A DNA stretch of 64,000 bases from a virus. The notes beneath the pieces were generated by a model. It worked only from the letters and a program-made list of their open reading frames with translations, was not told the origin of the DNA and made no database searches. Shown here in pieces: positions 18,215-27,022 of the stretch (position 1 is its first letter; each line of letters begins with the position of its first letter). The position numbers were made by a program, and so were the translations under genes. The stretch is from positions 98 to 64,097 of IMG/VR virus record IMGVR_UViG_3300050499_000294; one strand, 5' to 3'.

Positions 18215-18667
18215 CTAGGCTGACGGCTTCAGTTCGGGCTCCCCTGCCGAGAGTCCCAGGTTGGCCGCCATGGGCGAGGCCACGTGCACGGTGGCCGTAT
18301 CCATAATGGTCACGGTCCCGTCGCCCATATCGGCATCGGCACTGACGGTCACGACGCTATCCCCGACGGTACTGCCCGCATTGACCCAGACAGAGGTCGC
18401 ATCAATCGTGTCGAGGGTGCATGTCCCCTCGACGCTCCACTGCGCCTCGCCATCAATCGGGGCGGGTTGGTCGCCGGGCGTCATCGGCTCAATCGCTAAC
18501 CGGATGCGCTCTTCCGTACTGATATGCAGATCCAGCGGCATGCTGCCTCCTGTTGTCGCCTGCACCGGCCCGACATGCCAGCGGAGACTGGGCGCGGCCG
18601 GCGTCGTCATGACCACCTGGTCAATGTGAATGGTGTCAATCGTAATGGTCGTGCCCATGCATGGCAC
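18215..18667 (-). CDS. Hypothetical Ig-like tail decoration protein
   Basis: Beta-rich acidic protein next to the tail tube gene; start uncertain. Confidence 0.5.
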   Translation of the reverse strand: MPCMGTTITIDTIHIDQVVMTTPAAPSLRWHVGPVQATTGGSMPLDLHISTEERIRLAIEPMTPGDQPAPIDGEAQWSVEGTCTLDTIDATSVWVNAGSTVGDSVVTVSADADMGDGTVTIMDTATVHVASPMAANLGLSAGEPELKPSA

Positions 18668-18685
18668 TTCCTGCGAGAGGATAGT

Positions 18686-19087
18686 TTAAAAAGTCACTGC
18701 CCCATCAACCGTCAGCTCGAATTCCAGGGGCAGCGCGCCATTGACCGGTGCGGACGGCACGCGGTAGCGCGTCACAAACGCGTTAAAAGTCCAGGTCGTG
18801 GCGCCGGTATTGGGAAAAACCACGGTAAAGACCGTCGAGGCGCGGTTAATCATCGCGGTCCGCAGGGCCACATGCTGCGCATTGGCGGGGACAAAGTTCG
18901 CGGACACGCGGATGGTGCCACCGTCGAGCAAGGTGGGGATTTTGCTAGCCCAATCACCGCCGTCGTGCGCGCTCACATCGACCACATTGAACTGTGCCCC
19001 GATTTCCGACACGTTAGTTATTTCTGGGATAGGCGTTCCCGCCATAGTAACAACTAAGCCAGTGGCCGCTATAGCCTGAGTCGGCAT
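18686..19087 (-). CDS. Major tail tube protein
   Basis: VVDVSAHD...IPTLLDGGTIRVSANFVP...WTFNAFVT...FELTVDG (lambda gpV-like). Confidence 0.85.
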   Translation of the reverse strand: MPTQAIAATGLVVTMAGTPIPEITNVSEIGAQFNVVDVSAHDGGDWASKIPTLLDGGTIRVSANFVPANAQHVALRTAMINRASTVFTVVFPNTGATTWTFNAFVTRYRVPSAPVNGALPLEFELTVDGAVTF

Positions 19088-19173
19088 AGTATAATCTTTC
19101 CTATAATAAGATAGTCTACATATATGATGCTTTTCCCTGTTTTTTCAGCCCCTCCTCGGCTATACTGAGAGGG

Positions 19174-19240
19174 TACTTGGTGAACGCCTTGCTAGCGTTC
19201 GTCAAAAGTCTCGTGTACTCACTTGCATGGGAGCCAAGTA
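19174..19240 (+). promoter_or_regulatory. Three-way-junction RNA leader of HNH gene 2
   Basis: P1 TACTTGG/CCAAGTA, P2 GAACGC/GCGTTC, linker GTCAAAAGT, P3 CTCGTGTA/TGCATGGG; TATACT at 19161. Confidence 0.5.
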
Positions 19241-19269
19241 CTCACCTTTACCTCAGTGAGGAGGCCCCT

Positions 19270-19950
19270 ATGGAAACCCCTGTGCACAAAGTCTGTCGTG
19301 GATGCGATCTGCTGAAATCCCTCGATGAGTTTGGTATTGACAAGTACACCAGCGATGGCAAAGCTACGCGCTGTATCCTGTGTAAGCGCCAAGGAAGTCT
19401 GAGATATCGTACCCAGCATCCTGAGAAGGTGCGTGCAGCTGTCGCACGCTGGCAACGCGAGAATCCTGAGAAACGACATGCCTATGAACAGGCGCATAAA
19501 GCGGAAAAACAGGCGCGAGGCAAAGCTCACTACCGGCAAAACAAAGCTTTGATGAATGCCCAAAGTGCGGCGTATTATGCAGCGCACCGGATGGCCCTGC
19601 GCCAAAAGCATGCCGACTGGTACGCGGAGCATCCTGACTGGATACAGGCCAAAGCCGATCGCCGGCGTACCGCAATGACTACGAGCTCTACCAACGACTT
19701 GACCGCCGCACAGTGGGAAGAAATCAAAAGTGCCTACGGTCATCGGTGTGTCTATTGCCGTCGCAAGATGAAACGCCTGACCCAAGACCACCTTACCCCC
19801 ATCAGTAAGGGCGGCGCGCACACACTGGCGAATGTGGTTCCTGCCTGCCAATCCTGCAACTCCAAGAAACATGCGAAGGCGCCTCTCATTCCTGTCCAAC
19901 CCTTACTGCTGACACTCGCTCCAGCCAAACCCTACAACAAGAGGGCCTAG
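19270..19950 (+). CDS. HNH endonuclease (antisense insertion)
   Basis: CVYC...TQDHLTPISKGGAHTLANVVPACQSCNSKK; RBS GGAGG before ATG 19270. Confidence 0.9.
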   Translation: METPVHKVCRGCDLLKSLDEFGIDKYTSDGKATRCILCKRQGSLRYRTQHPEKVRAAVARWQRENPEKRHAYEQAHKAEKQARGKAHYRQNKALMNAQSAAYYAAHRMALRQKHADWYAEHPDWIQAKADRRRTAMTTSSTNDLTAAQWEEIKSAYGHRCVYCRRKMKRLTQDHLTPISKGGAHTLANVVPACQSCNSKKHAKAPLIPVQPLLLTLAPAKPYNKRA

Positions 19951-20603
19951 GCTAAGATAGGCGCTCCATCAAATTCAAACGTGACTTGCCCCGTCAGTGC
20001 CCCTGCGACCGGCGCCTGATCGCGCCAACCCGTGACCCAACCAGACATCCACCATGTAGTCTTCGTCGCATTAGGCAGTACGAGGAGGTACGGACGACGA
20101 ATGCGATTTTCCATGAGATAGAGGAGGCCGGTGACTTCATTGTGCGTGCCATGTTCAGGGACGTGGTTGAGGACTAACCGCATGCTGTTATTGGAAAGCA
20201 TCGTCGGGATTTGCGAGCCCCATCCACCGATCCCGTCGTGAGCACTTACGTTAATCACCGACGCCATGATGCCCGCGTCCTGGATGTCCGTCACTTCCGC
20301 AATCGTGGCATACGTACTATCGAGGGTGAATACCCCACCCGACGTGTAGGCCCCGGTCCCCACTGAGCCCCGGAGCCGGGCGGTCGTGGGCGTCACGGCC
20401 TCAGCAATCCAGGTTCCATTCGCCCCGGTATTCCCGGCAACGCTGGTGACGGTCACCTTGGAGACATCGACAATCCCATGGACGGCTGCGGTGGTCACGA
20501 CAATCGGCGTGGCGTTGGTGGCAGCGGTAATGTTCAAAACAGCTGGAATACCGTCCCCGAGGCGCAGGGCTATTCCAAATGCGCTTATGGCAAGGGTTGG
20601 CAT
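19947..20603 (-). CDS. Second tail tube paralog with inserted FCCH-like beta-domain
   Basis: INVSAHDGIGGWGSQIPTML...WMSGWVTGWRDQAPVAGALTGQVTFEFDG is homologous to 18686..19087, plus an insert of about 70 aa. Confidence 0.8.
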   Translation of the reverse strand: MPTLAISAFGIALRLGDGIPAVLNITAATNATPIVVTTAAVHGIVDVSKVTVTSVAGNTGANGTWIAEAVTPTTARLRGSVGTGAYTSGGVFTLDSTYATIAEVTDIQDAGIMASVINVSAHDGIGGWGSQIPTMLSNNSMRLVLNHVPEHGTHNEVTGLLYLMENRIRRPYLLVLPNATKTTWWMSGWVTGWRDQAPVAGALTGQVTFEFDGAPILA

Positions 20604-20606
20604 GTG

Positions 20607-20855
20607 CTAGGCCCCCGCAGGCGTCGGCTGGGCCGGTTCGGGCTCGTCATCGGGGGCGGGTTCGTCGTCCGGAGCGGGCTCAGGAGGCGGAAACGGCGAT
20701 GGGGGTTCTCCCGCCGCGATGGCTGCCTGCAAGCGGACACAGTGCGCAATGTGGGCATCCATCCGCGCTTGTAGCAGCGTATCGTAGCCACAGGCGGGAC
20801 AGCGGAATTGGATGAGACCGGACCAGGATTCGGAGCGGTAGGGGGCATCGTCCAT
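20607..20855 (-). CDS. Small CxxC protein with acidic Pro-rich tail
   Basis: FRCPACGYDT...HIAHC; RBS GGAGG. Confidence 0.55.
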   Translation of the reverse strand: MDDAPYRSESWSGLIQFRCPACGYDTLLQARMDAHIAHCVRLQAAIAAGEPPSPFPPPEPAPDDEPAPDDEPEPAQPTPAGA

Positions 20856-20874
20856 GACGTGACCTCCAGCAACG

Positions 20875-20929
20875 ACAAAACCGCCGACAGCGACGAAGCA
20901 AACCGGTTGCTTCGAAACTCTGCGGCGGT
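20875..20929 (-). terminator. Long hairpin followed by TTTTGT, downstream of the CRISPR mini-array
   Basis: ACCGCCG...CGGCGGT outer stem with GAAGC/GCTTC inner stem; short U-run on the minus strand. Confidence 0.4.
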
Positions 20930-20974
20930 ATGTGTTACCTGGAGGATGCCAGGCGACCAGTGACTACCGTAGGA

Positions 20975-21064
20975 TTCACTCCCCCCACCATCGTGGGGAA
21001 CAGCACACGTACAGACACAGCGTCAAGCCATGTATCGGGTCATCCCCACACACGTGGGGAAGGC
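20975..21064 (-). CRISPR. Type I-E-like mini-array: repeat - 32-nt spacer - degenerate repeat, no cas genes
   Basis: Minus-strand repeat GCCTTCCCCACGTGTGTGGGGATGACCCG (21064-21036, 29 nt), spacer 21035-21004, second repeat CTGTTCCCCACGATGGTGGGGGGAGTGAA; 61-nt period. Confidence 0.7.
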
Positions 21065-21150
21065 CACCCTCTCAGCACTGCCTCTCAAAAGATATCGTGA
21101 GCCTAGCATACCCCCATACAAATCACACGACTTTTTTAGTAGTGCTCATC

Positions 21151-21543
21151 TCAGACAACAAAGGCCATATTTTCCACCGCAAACTGGACCTGAAAGGCGT
21201 CATGGCGCGTCCCGCTATCCCAGGTCCAGCGAAATTGCGCGACGCGGTACTCCAGCGCCAACTCGGGATCCACCATCGCCGTATCAGCAGGTTGAATCTG
21301 CCATTCGATGGTCGTGACGGCAGGAGAGCCAGCCGTCGTCACACTCACATCATTGGCATTCAGGACATTCTGGGCATTACGGCTATTGACGATCGTGCCG
21401 CTAATCACATCATAGTACGTGAGCGTCAGGGTCGTGAGCATGGACACCGGCACGCCTTCGCCCACACTATCGACGAGCAGAAACGTAAGGAGGCCAGTCG
21501 TCGCTTCGAGCAAGGTCGTGGACAACAAGGGAATCGTCGGCAT
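21151..21543 (-). CDS. Hypothetical structural protein
   Basis: Co-oriented in the tail module, beta-rich. Confidence 0.6.
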   Translation of the reverse strand: MPTIPLLSTTLLEATTGLLTFLLVDSVGEGVPVSMLTTLTLTYYDVISGTIVNSRNAQNVLNANDVSVTTAGSPAVTTIEWQIQPADTAMVDPELALEYRVAQFRWTWDSGTRHDAFQVQFAVENMAFVV

Positions 21544-21546
21544 AGA

Positions 21547-24500
21547 TCACCTCAAATCAGGATCGCGCGGGGACGCGGTACGCCGGAGAGTGCCGGCCTG
21601 CCCGTCCCCGCGCCGCAATGTTGGGCTGGTACCGGGGCTGGTACGCATGAGCGTGCCTGCCGTCTGGCTGCGCGTCAACGTGGCGGTCGTCGCTTGCCCC
21701 GTCCGTTGCAGCAGGGCGCCTGTGCCCATGAGGAGCAGGGGCATGTCGAGCATCGTGGCCCGCGCATTCGGCGTCGCACTACTCCCGCTGAGCGCACTGA
21801 GGAGCGCCCGCAGGCTCGTCTGAGTACTCAGCGGCGTGAGACTCACGGCGAGGAAAGCTGCGGCCAGATCGCGTAGTAGAGAGGCGGACGCGAGCGGCGT
21901 CTGACTGGCGAGGGCGAGCGTTGCCTGGAGGAAGCGGACGTAGGCCGCACTCGTCGGCGGCGTGAGACTCGCCGCGGCGAGGAAGGCCGTCAAACGCCGG
22001 AGGCTCACGGCCTGGGCAAGGGGCGTCTGGCTCGGGCCACTGAGGAACGCCTGGAGCCGTCGCACCAGTTGCCGGGCACTCACCGGCGTCGTACTGGTCC
22101 CGAGGAGACCCGCCTGGAAGGTCACACGCTTGGCCAGGATCGCGGCCGGGGTGGTACTGGTCCCCACGGCGATCACCCGCAACGCCCGGATCTGCCGGAG
22201 CACCGTGGCAGGCGTGGCACTACTCGGGGCAACTTGTGCCGTGAGGCGACGCCCCATCTGCCGCGCACTGGCGGGCGTCGTACTCGCCCCAAGGAGACTC
22301 GCCGTGAGGGAACGCACCCCGGCCTGTGCCGCCGTGGCGGGGGGCGTGACGCTCGCGGCAATGAGCACTGTACTGAGGCGTCTGGTCAGCGTGCGCGCAA
22401 CCGCAGGCGTCGTACTGGCGAGAGCGAGGTTCGTACTCAGGCGCCGTGCCAGGGAGCGGGCACTGGCCGGGGTCGTACTCGTTGCCGCCAGCGTCGCCGT
22501 GAGGGAGCGCACGGCACCCATGCTGGCGGTGGCCGTGGGCGTCTGGCTCGCCCCCAGGACCGCTGCCGTCAGCCGTCGCGCGAGTGTCCGGGCGCTGGCT
22601 AGCGTGAGACTGCTGGGCGCGAGCTGTGCCACGAGATGCCGGAGCGTGCCCATGGTCGCGGTCGCGGCGGGAGTCGTACTGGCCCCGCTGAGCGTTGCCT
22701 GGAGGCGGCGCGTGAACGTTGTCTGGCTGGCGGACGTGGTACTAGCGCCCAGCACTGCAGTCGTCAGCCGTCGCATCACCGTCCGCGCTGTCGTGGGCGT
22801 GGTACTCGTGCCACTGAGCGCGGCGCTGAGAGAGCGTACGGCGGTCACGGAGGCTTGGGCGGGTGGGGTGGTACTGGCTCCGGGCAGGGCAGCCGCAAAG
22901 CGATGCAGGACCGTCACCGCGCTCGTGGACGTCGTACTGGTCACAGGAAGCCCCGCGGCGAGGCGCCGTGTCACCGTGCGCGCACTCGCCGGGGTCGTGC
23001 TCTGGCCGCTGAGAACCGCCGTCAGACGCCGCAGGGTGAGCACAAGAGCCGTGGCACTGGGCGTCGTACTGGCCGCAGGCAGCGCGGCCTGGAGACGGCG
23101 TACGCTCGTCTGCGCACTGGTAGGTGTGGCGCTACTGCCAGGAAGGACACCCGTGAGGCGCCGGACCGTGGTGGGCCGGGCAGCGGCGGGGGTGGTACTC
23201 GCCCCGGCGAGCGTCGTCGTCAGGCGTCGCGTGAGCGTCCGGGCGGCAACGGGGGTGGTGCTGGCCCCGGCGAGTTGGCCGGTCAGGCGCCGCGTCAGCG
23301 TGCGCGCACTGACGGGCGTGGTACTGGTTCCAGCCAGCGCCGCCGTGAGCCGCCGCGTAGTCAGCAGCGTGGCCGTCGCTGCAGGGGTGGTACTACTGCC
23401 GAGCGCCGCCGCACTGAGGCGCCGCGTCACGGTCCGGGCACTTGTCGGGGTCGTACTCGTCCCCACCAGGTTCGCGGCAAAATGGGCGCCGGGGGGCGCC
23501 GGCGGCTGATACTGGAGAAACAGCACCGTGACATAGGGCGGCAGCATATCCGCCACGCTGTCCAGCGTCGGCGTGGTGGCGCCCGAGGTGGGAGCGGTCG
23601 AACCTGTATTGGGCCAGGTATGGGTATGCGTATCAGGCGGCGCGTTGGTGGCGCCAACGGTCCGCGCTTCCGAGGCACCCACCCCACCCGTCACCGTATG
23701 CACATGCGCGGCAATCGCGTGCGTATGCCCCGTCGCCGTGTGTCCATGGCTCGCGGTCGAGCCGCCACTACCGCCAATGGCGGCGACGGTAGAGGCACCT
23801 TTGACAAAGAGGCTGCGCAGGTCGGGAGTGCTGTTCGTGCCGTCACACAATACCCAATCTGTAGGAATCGTGGCGACTGTGCCGAGCCAGAGAGCGATAA
23901 TGCCGCTGGTCTTTTGCAGCGCGCCACTGACGTTTTGGAGATAGGCGAGGAGCCAGTACGGCGGCTCCGGGATACTGGCGCTGGTGGTACTATCCGTTTG
24001 CGCCGTCACGACTGGCGCAGGCGTACTGAAGGTAAGGGCGTGTGTGTGCGTGGCCGTCGCCACATTGGCCGTGGCCCCGCCGATGCTGCCGGTAGTGAGG
24101 GCTTCCGTGCGCTGACTACTGGTCACGCCGGGATGCGTATGGCTATACGTGCCGCCGTGACTGTGACTGGCAATGGTATGCGCATGGGTCGTGGCGCCGC
24201 CGCCCGTCCCGCCCGGTGCCCCGGCCGCCGGTGCCCCTTTGAGAAACGTTCCCCGGTAGTCCGGTCGTCCCCCGGCGCCATCACACAGGGACCAGTTAGC
24301 GGGCGCTCCGGCACTATCCGCCCACAGGCCAATGGTGGAGGCCGGAAAGCCATGAGTCACACCCTGGGACATGAGAAAGAGGGTTTCGACATACGCCGGC
24401 TCATGGTTCACCGTATCCGTACTGGGCGCCTCGGTCGTGAGCGTCGTCACGGGGTTGGGCGCGGCGGGATTCGAGCCGTGCGTATGCACCATAGGCGGGT

Positions 24501-25563
24501 TCGTGGTGCCCGTATCGCGCGTTGAGGGTGTCCCTCCCGTCCCCGTCGTATTGGGCGTCGTATGGGTATGCGCCGTGGTGTGGTCATGGGTCGTCGTGGG
24601 ATGCGTATGCGTGGCGCTCCCGCCCGTGGCACCCCCATTGGCACTCGCCGCGGCGCCCCGTGGATAGCGGCCATCAAGGGCGGTGGCGCGTGTCCACCCG
24701 GCAGGAATACTGGCGACGCTGCCGCTCCAGAGGACCGTAATCCCGGTAGCGATGGCGTCAGGATCGACGGGGACGGATATCCCGACAGGGACGACATGCA
24801 GCGGCGCGCGCCAGCGCAACTCCTGCGGATAGCGGAGGCAGGAGTCGCGGTAGAGGCGCCGCACCTCACTCGCACTCAAGGCCCGATTGTAGAGGCGGCA
24901 ATCGTCGAGTTGCCCTGGCAGATAAATATTGTTATAGCCACGCCCGAGCCACACGGTCCCGCTCACGGAGCCGGTCGCGGTACTGGCGATGCTCCCCCCC
25001 AGGACGCCATTCTTATAGATACTCAGCGTGCTACTGTCATGCGTCAGGGTGAGATAGGTCCAGGCCCCGACCGTATAGGGCACGCCAATGTGGGTATCTG
25101 AGCCCGTCCAGTTAAACGCCCACAGGCGGTCGTCCCCGGTCAGACTGGTGCGGTAGAGGCCAAAATACCCGGCATTCTCGGCGACAATGCCTTGCCCAAA
25201 ATAGACAGAGCTAATGGAGGGCGCCGTTCCCAGCGGCAAGACCCAGAGACTGACCGTGGCGGCCGTGGGGGTAATGTAGGTGGCCAGCGTTCCGGGGACG
25301 GCCAGGTGATCGTCCGTCCCATCAAAGCGCAGCGCGGCCCACCCGCCCGGACGTGTCGAGGCACCCCACCCGCTCGTGGCGGTCGAGGCACTCATGCCCG
25401 TCAAAGTGGCCGGAAGACGCTTCGCCAGATCGACCAGGCGCCGGCCCCCCACGCGCTTGGGGAGGAGCAACCACCAGGCCGTGAGCCCACGGTTCAGCGG
25501 TGCCTCCCAGGCGATGGGCTGGCCATAGTCCAGGCTGCGGGGACCCAGCAGATGCAGCGGCAT
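21547..25563 (-). CDS. Large tail appendage protein: LamG domain + three tail-collar-like modules + long repeat region
   Basis: LRFDGTDD...LDDCRLYNRALS; IPAGW, NWSLCDG...PDYRGTFLKGA, DWVLCDG...PDLRSLFVKGA; many RRLxAxLxGxSTTP repeats. Confidence 0.8.
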   Translation of the reverse strand: MPLHLLGPRSLDYGQPIAWEAPLNRGLTAWWLLLPKRVGGRRLVDLAKRLPATLTGMSASTATSGWGASTRPGGWAALRFDGTDDHLAVPGTLATYITPTAATVSLWVLPLGTAPSISSVYFGQGIVAENAGYFGLYRTSLTGDDRLWAFNWTGSDTHIGVPYTVGAWTYLTLTHDSSTLSIYKNGVLGGSIASTATGSVSGTVWLGRGYNNIYLPGQLDDCRLYNRALSASEVRRLYRDSCLRYPQELRWRAPLHVVPVGISVPVDPDAIATGITVLWSGSVASIPAGWTRATALDGRYPRGAAASANGGATGGSATHTHPTTTHDHTTAHTHTTPNTTGTGGTPSTRDTGTTNPPMVHTHGSNPAAPNPVTTLTTEAPSTDTVNHEPAYVETLFLMSQGVTHGFPASTIGLWADSAGAPANWSLCDGAGGRPDYRGTFLKGAPAAGAPGGTGGGATTHAHTIASHSHGGTYSHTHPGVTSSQRTEALTTGSIGGATANVATATHTHALTFSTPAPVVTAQTDSTTSASIPEPPYWLLAYLQNVSGALQKTSGIIALWLGTVATIPTDWVLCDGTNSTPDLRSLFVKGASTVAAIGGSGGSTASHGHTATGHTHAIAAHVHTVTGGVGASEARTVGATNAPPDTHTHTWPNTGSTAPTSGATTPTLDSVADMLPPYVTVLFLQYQPPAPPGAHFAANLVGTSTTPTSARTVTRRLSAAALGSSTTPAATATLLTTRRLTAALAGTSTTPVSARTLTRRLTGQLAGASTTPVAARTLTRRLTTTLAGASTTPAAARPTTVRRLTGVLPGSSATPTSAQTSVRRLQAALPAASTTPSATALVLTLRRLTAVLSGQSTTPASARTVTRRLAAGLPVTSTTSTSAVTVLHRFAAALPGASTTPPAQASVTAVRSLSAALSGTSTTPTTARTVMRRLTTAVLGASTTSASQTTFTRRLQATLSGASTTPAATATMGTLRHLVAQLAPSSLTLASARTLARRLTAAVLGASQTPTATASMGAVRSLTATLAATSTTPASARSLARRLSTNLALASTTPAVARTLTRRLSTVLIAASVTPPATAAQAGVRSLTASLLGASTTPASARQMGRRLTAQVAPSSATPATVLRQIRALRVIAVGTSTTPAAILAKRVTFQAGLLGTSTTPVSARQLVRRLQAFLSGPSQTPLAQAVSLRRLTAFLAAASLTPPTSAAYVRFLQATLALASQTPLASASLLRDLAAAFLAVSLTPLSTQTSLRALLSALSGSSATPNARATMLDMPLLLMGTGALLQRTGQATTATLTRSQTAGTLMRTSPGTSPTLRRGDGQAGTLRRTASPRDPDLR
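21760..23480 (-). repeat. More than 20 tandem repeats of about 21-23 aa (RRLTAALAGTSTTPASARTLT)
   Basis: Visible in the translation and as recurring gtcgtactg/gtggtactg in the DNA; boundaries approximate. Confidence 0.8.
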
Positions 25564-25582
25564 GGCACGGCCCCCTTCGGAC

Positions 25583-26332
25583 TCAGATGGCGGTCAGATA
25601 GGCCCCGATATAGGCGAGACTATGCAGCGAGCCAGTGGCGTGCAGGTTCTGGCCGGTATTATGCGACACGAAAACACTGAAGCGTTTGGGGACAAAGCCA
25701 AAGGCTTCCGCGAGGGTCAAAGTCCGGATGGGATAGTCCACGGCCGTGGACGCGCTCACGGCAGTGACCCCGAGGAGGATGAAGGCACTATCGAGGATGT
25801 AGGCATTGGTGACGGTGCACCCGGCATCGCTGCCCGTCATGGTGTCGGGCCAGGTCGGGGTATCGTCCAGGGCCTGCACGCCATAGACGCGGATTTCGGT
25901 ATCCACCGTCGGGGCGGAGGTGCCGGTAGTAATGGCCACAGTGATACGCCCGTCAATATAGAGATCCGAGGTATTGACGATGGCCGCCGATTCCCGTCCG
26001 ATCAGAAAGGTGGCGGAGGTAGCGAGCGAGGCGAGCGTAATCGTCAGCGGGGTCGAGGCCGCGTAGGCAATTTTGACGTTGGCGTTCTCTTTCAAGGCCA
26101 ACCACCAGGGGGCCTCGCCGGTCTGCTGGTAGGGCCGGTCATCGAAGTGTGGTGGTAGGCGCCGAGCAGGGGAAAGAAATTCAAAGTCGTGCCCCCGGTG
26201 CTTGACCTCCCACTCCCAGAGTTCCGCCGTAAAGTCCTGGAGCGTACGCCCGAGACGATGCCGGTGCTGGCAGGTCCAGCAGTACGCATCGAGGTCGAGC
26301 CGCACGCGGGCGTCTGGGGCACTAGGCGTCAT
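25583..26332 (-). CDS. Tail-associated protein with N-terminal CxxC..H motif; signal-less paralog of 749..1249
   Basis: YCWTCQHRH...KHRGH, then ITLASLA... domain. Confidence 0.65.
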   Translation of the reverse strand: MTPSAPDARVRLDLDAYCWTCQHRHRLGRTLQDFTAELWEWEVKHRGHDFEFLSPARRLPPHFDDRPYQQTGEAPWWLALKENANVKIAYAASTPLTITLASLATSATFLIGRESAAIVNTSDLYIDGRITVAITTGTSAPTVDTEIRVYGVQALDDTPTWPDTMTGSDAGCTVTNAYILDSAFILLGVTAVSASTAVDYPIRTLTLAEAFGFVPKRFSVFVSHNTGQNLHATGSLHSLAYIGAYLTAI

Positions 26333-26343
26333 GACGGTCTCCT

Positions 26344-26862
26344 CTAGGGAATGGCCCAGGCTTGTTCCACATCACTCCCGGTGAGGTTGCCCTGAAAGCC
26401 CATGACGGCAGGACTGGCCGTGGTGCCCGTACCACTGCTGGGGACGATGAGGAGCTTTTCGGCCTGCGAGGCTTTCTCGCGGCCCAGGGCGAGAAGAAAA
26501 TTGACCTGGGTCTGCGAGGCGCCCTGCCCGCCAAAAATGGCCTGCCAGCCGGCACGGGTTTGCGCCAGCGACGGATTGACGACCCCTGGATTAAACATGC
26601 GCGCCCAGGCATCCCGGTCTTGCACCGTTTGCGCCTTGTAGGTGGCCCAGTTCCACAGGGTATCGTCAGGGGAGGTCGCTTCGTACACCTCTTGTTCCGC
26701 CAGTGCCGTGCGCCAGACCCAGAAATCGGGCGATGCCACCTGGTTATAGCCAGCCGCAATCGTATAGGCGTTTTCGCCCGTGTGCGCCAGGGATCCATAC
26801 ACCGGATGCGCGGCAATGTCGGCTTTGAGGAGCGTCAACTGCTGGGTGGTCAGTGGCACCAA
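26344..26862 (-). CDS. Tail-associated protein; signal-less paralog of 1246..1881
   Basis: Shared LTxxQxxxLK...I, AEK..V..GTGTTASP...G.LT..D motifs. Confidence 0.75.
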   Translation of the reverse strand: MVPLTTQQLTLLKADIAAHPVYGSLAHTGENAYTIAAGYNQVASPDFWVWRTALAEQEVYEATSPDDTLWNWATYKAQTVQDRDAWARMFNPGVVNPSLAQTRAGWQAIFGGQGASQTQVNFLLALGREKASQAEKLLIVPSSGTGTTASPAVMGFQGNLTGSDVEQAWAIP

Positions 26863-27022
26863 TCTATCCTTCTCATGGCGGCGTGTGCTACACTACGCCC
26901 GCCCTCGCGCCAGAGTGGGAGCCAGGCGCGTCCTCGCGGGGCCCCCGGATACGATGACGTCCGCGCAAGCCCTCCAACGGTGCGACCAGGACGACCGCAG
27001 CGACAACCACAGCCCGAGGGTC

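Noticed and set aside
20887-20916. Hairpin followed by GAAA resembling a hammerhead stem II
   Set aside because: No CUGANGA core upstream
21097-21125. Possible third CRISPR repeat (CTAGCATACCCCCATAC)
   Set aside because: Off-register by about 6 nt and has no hairpin
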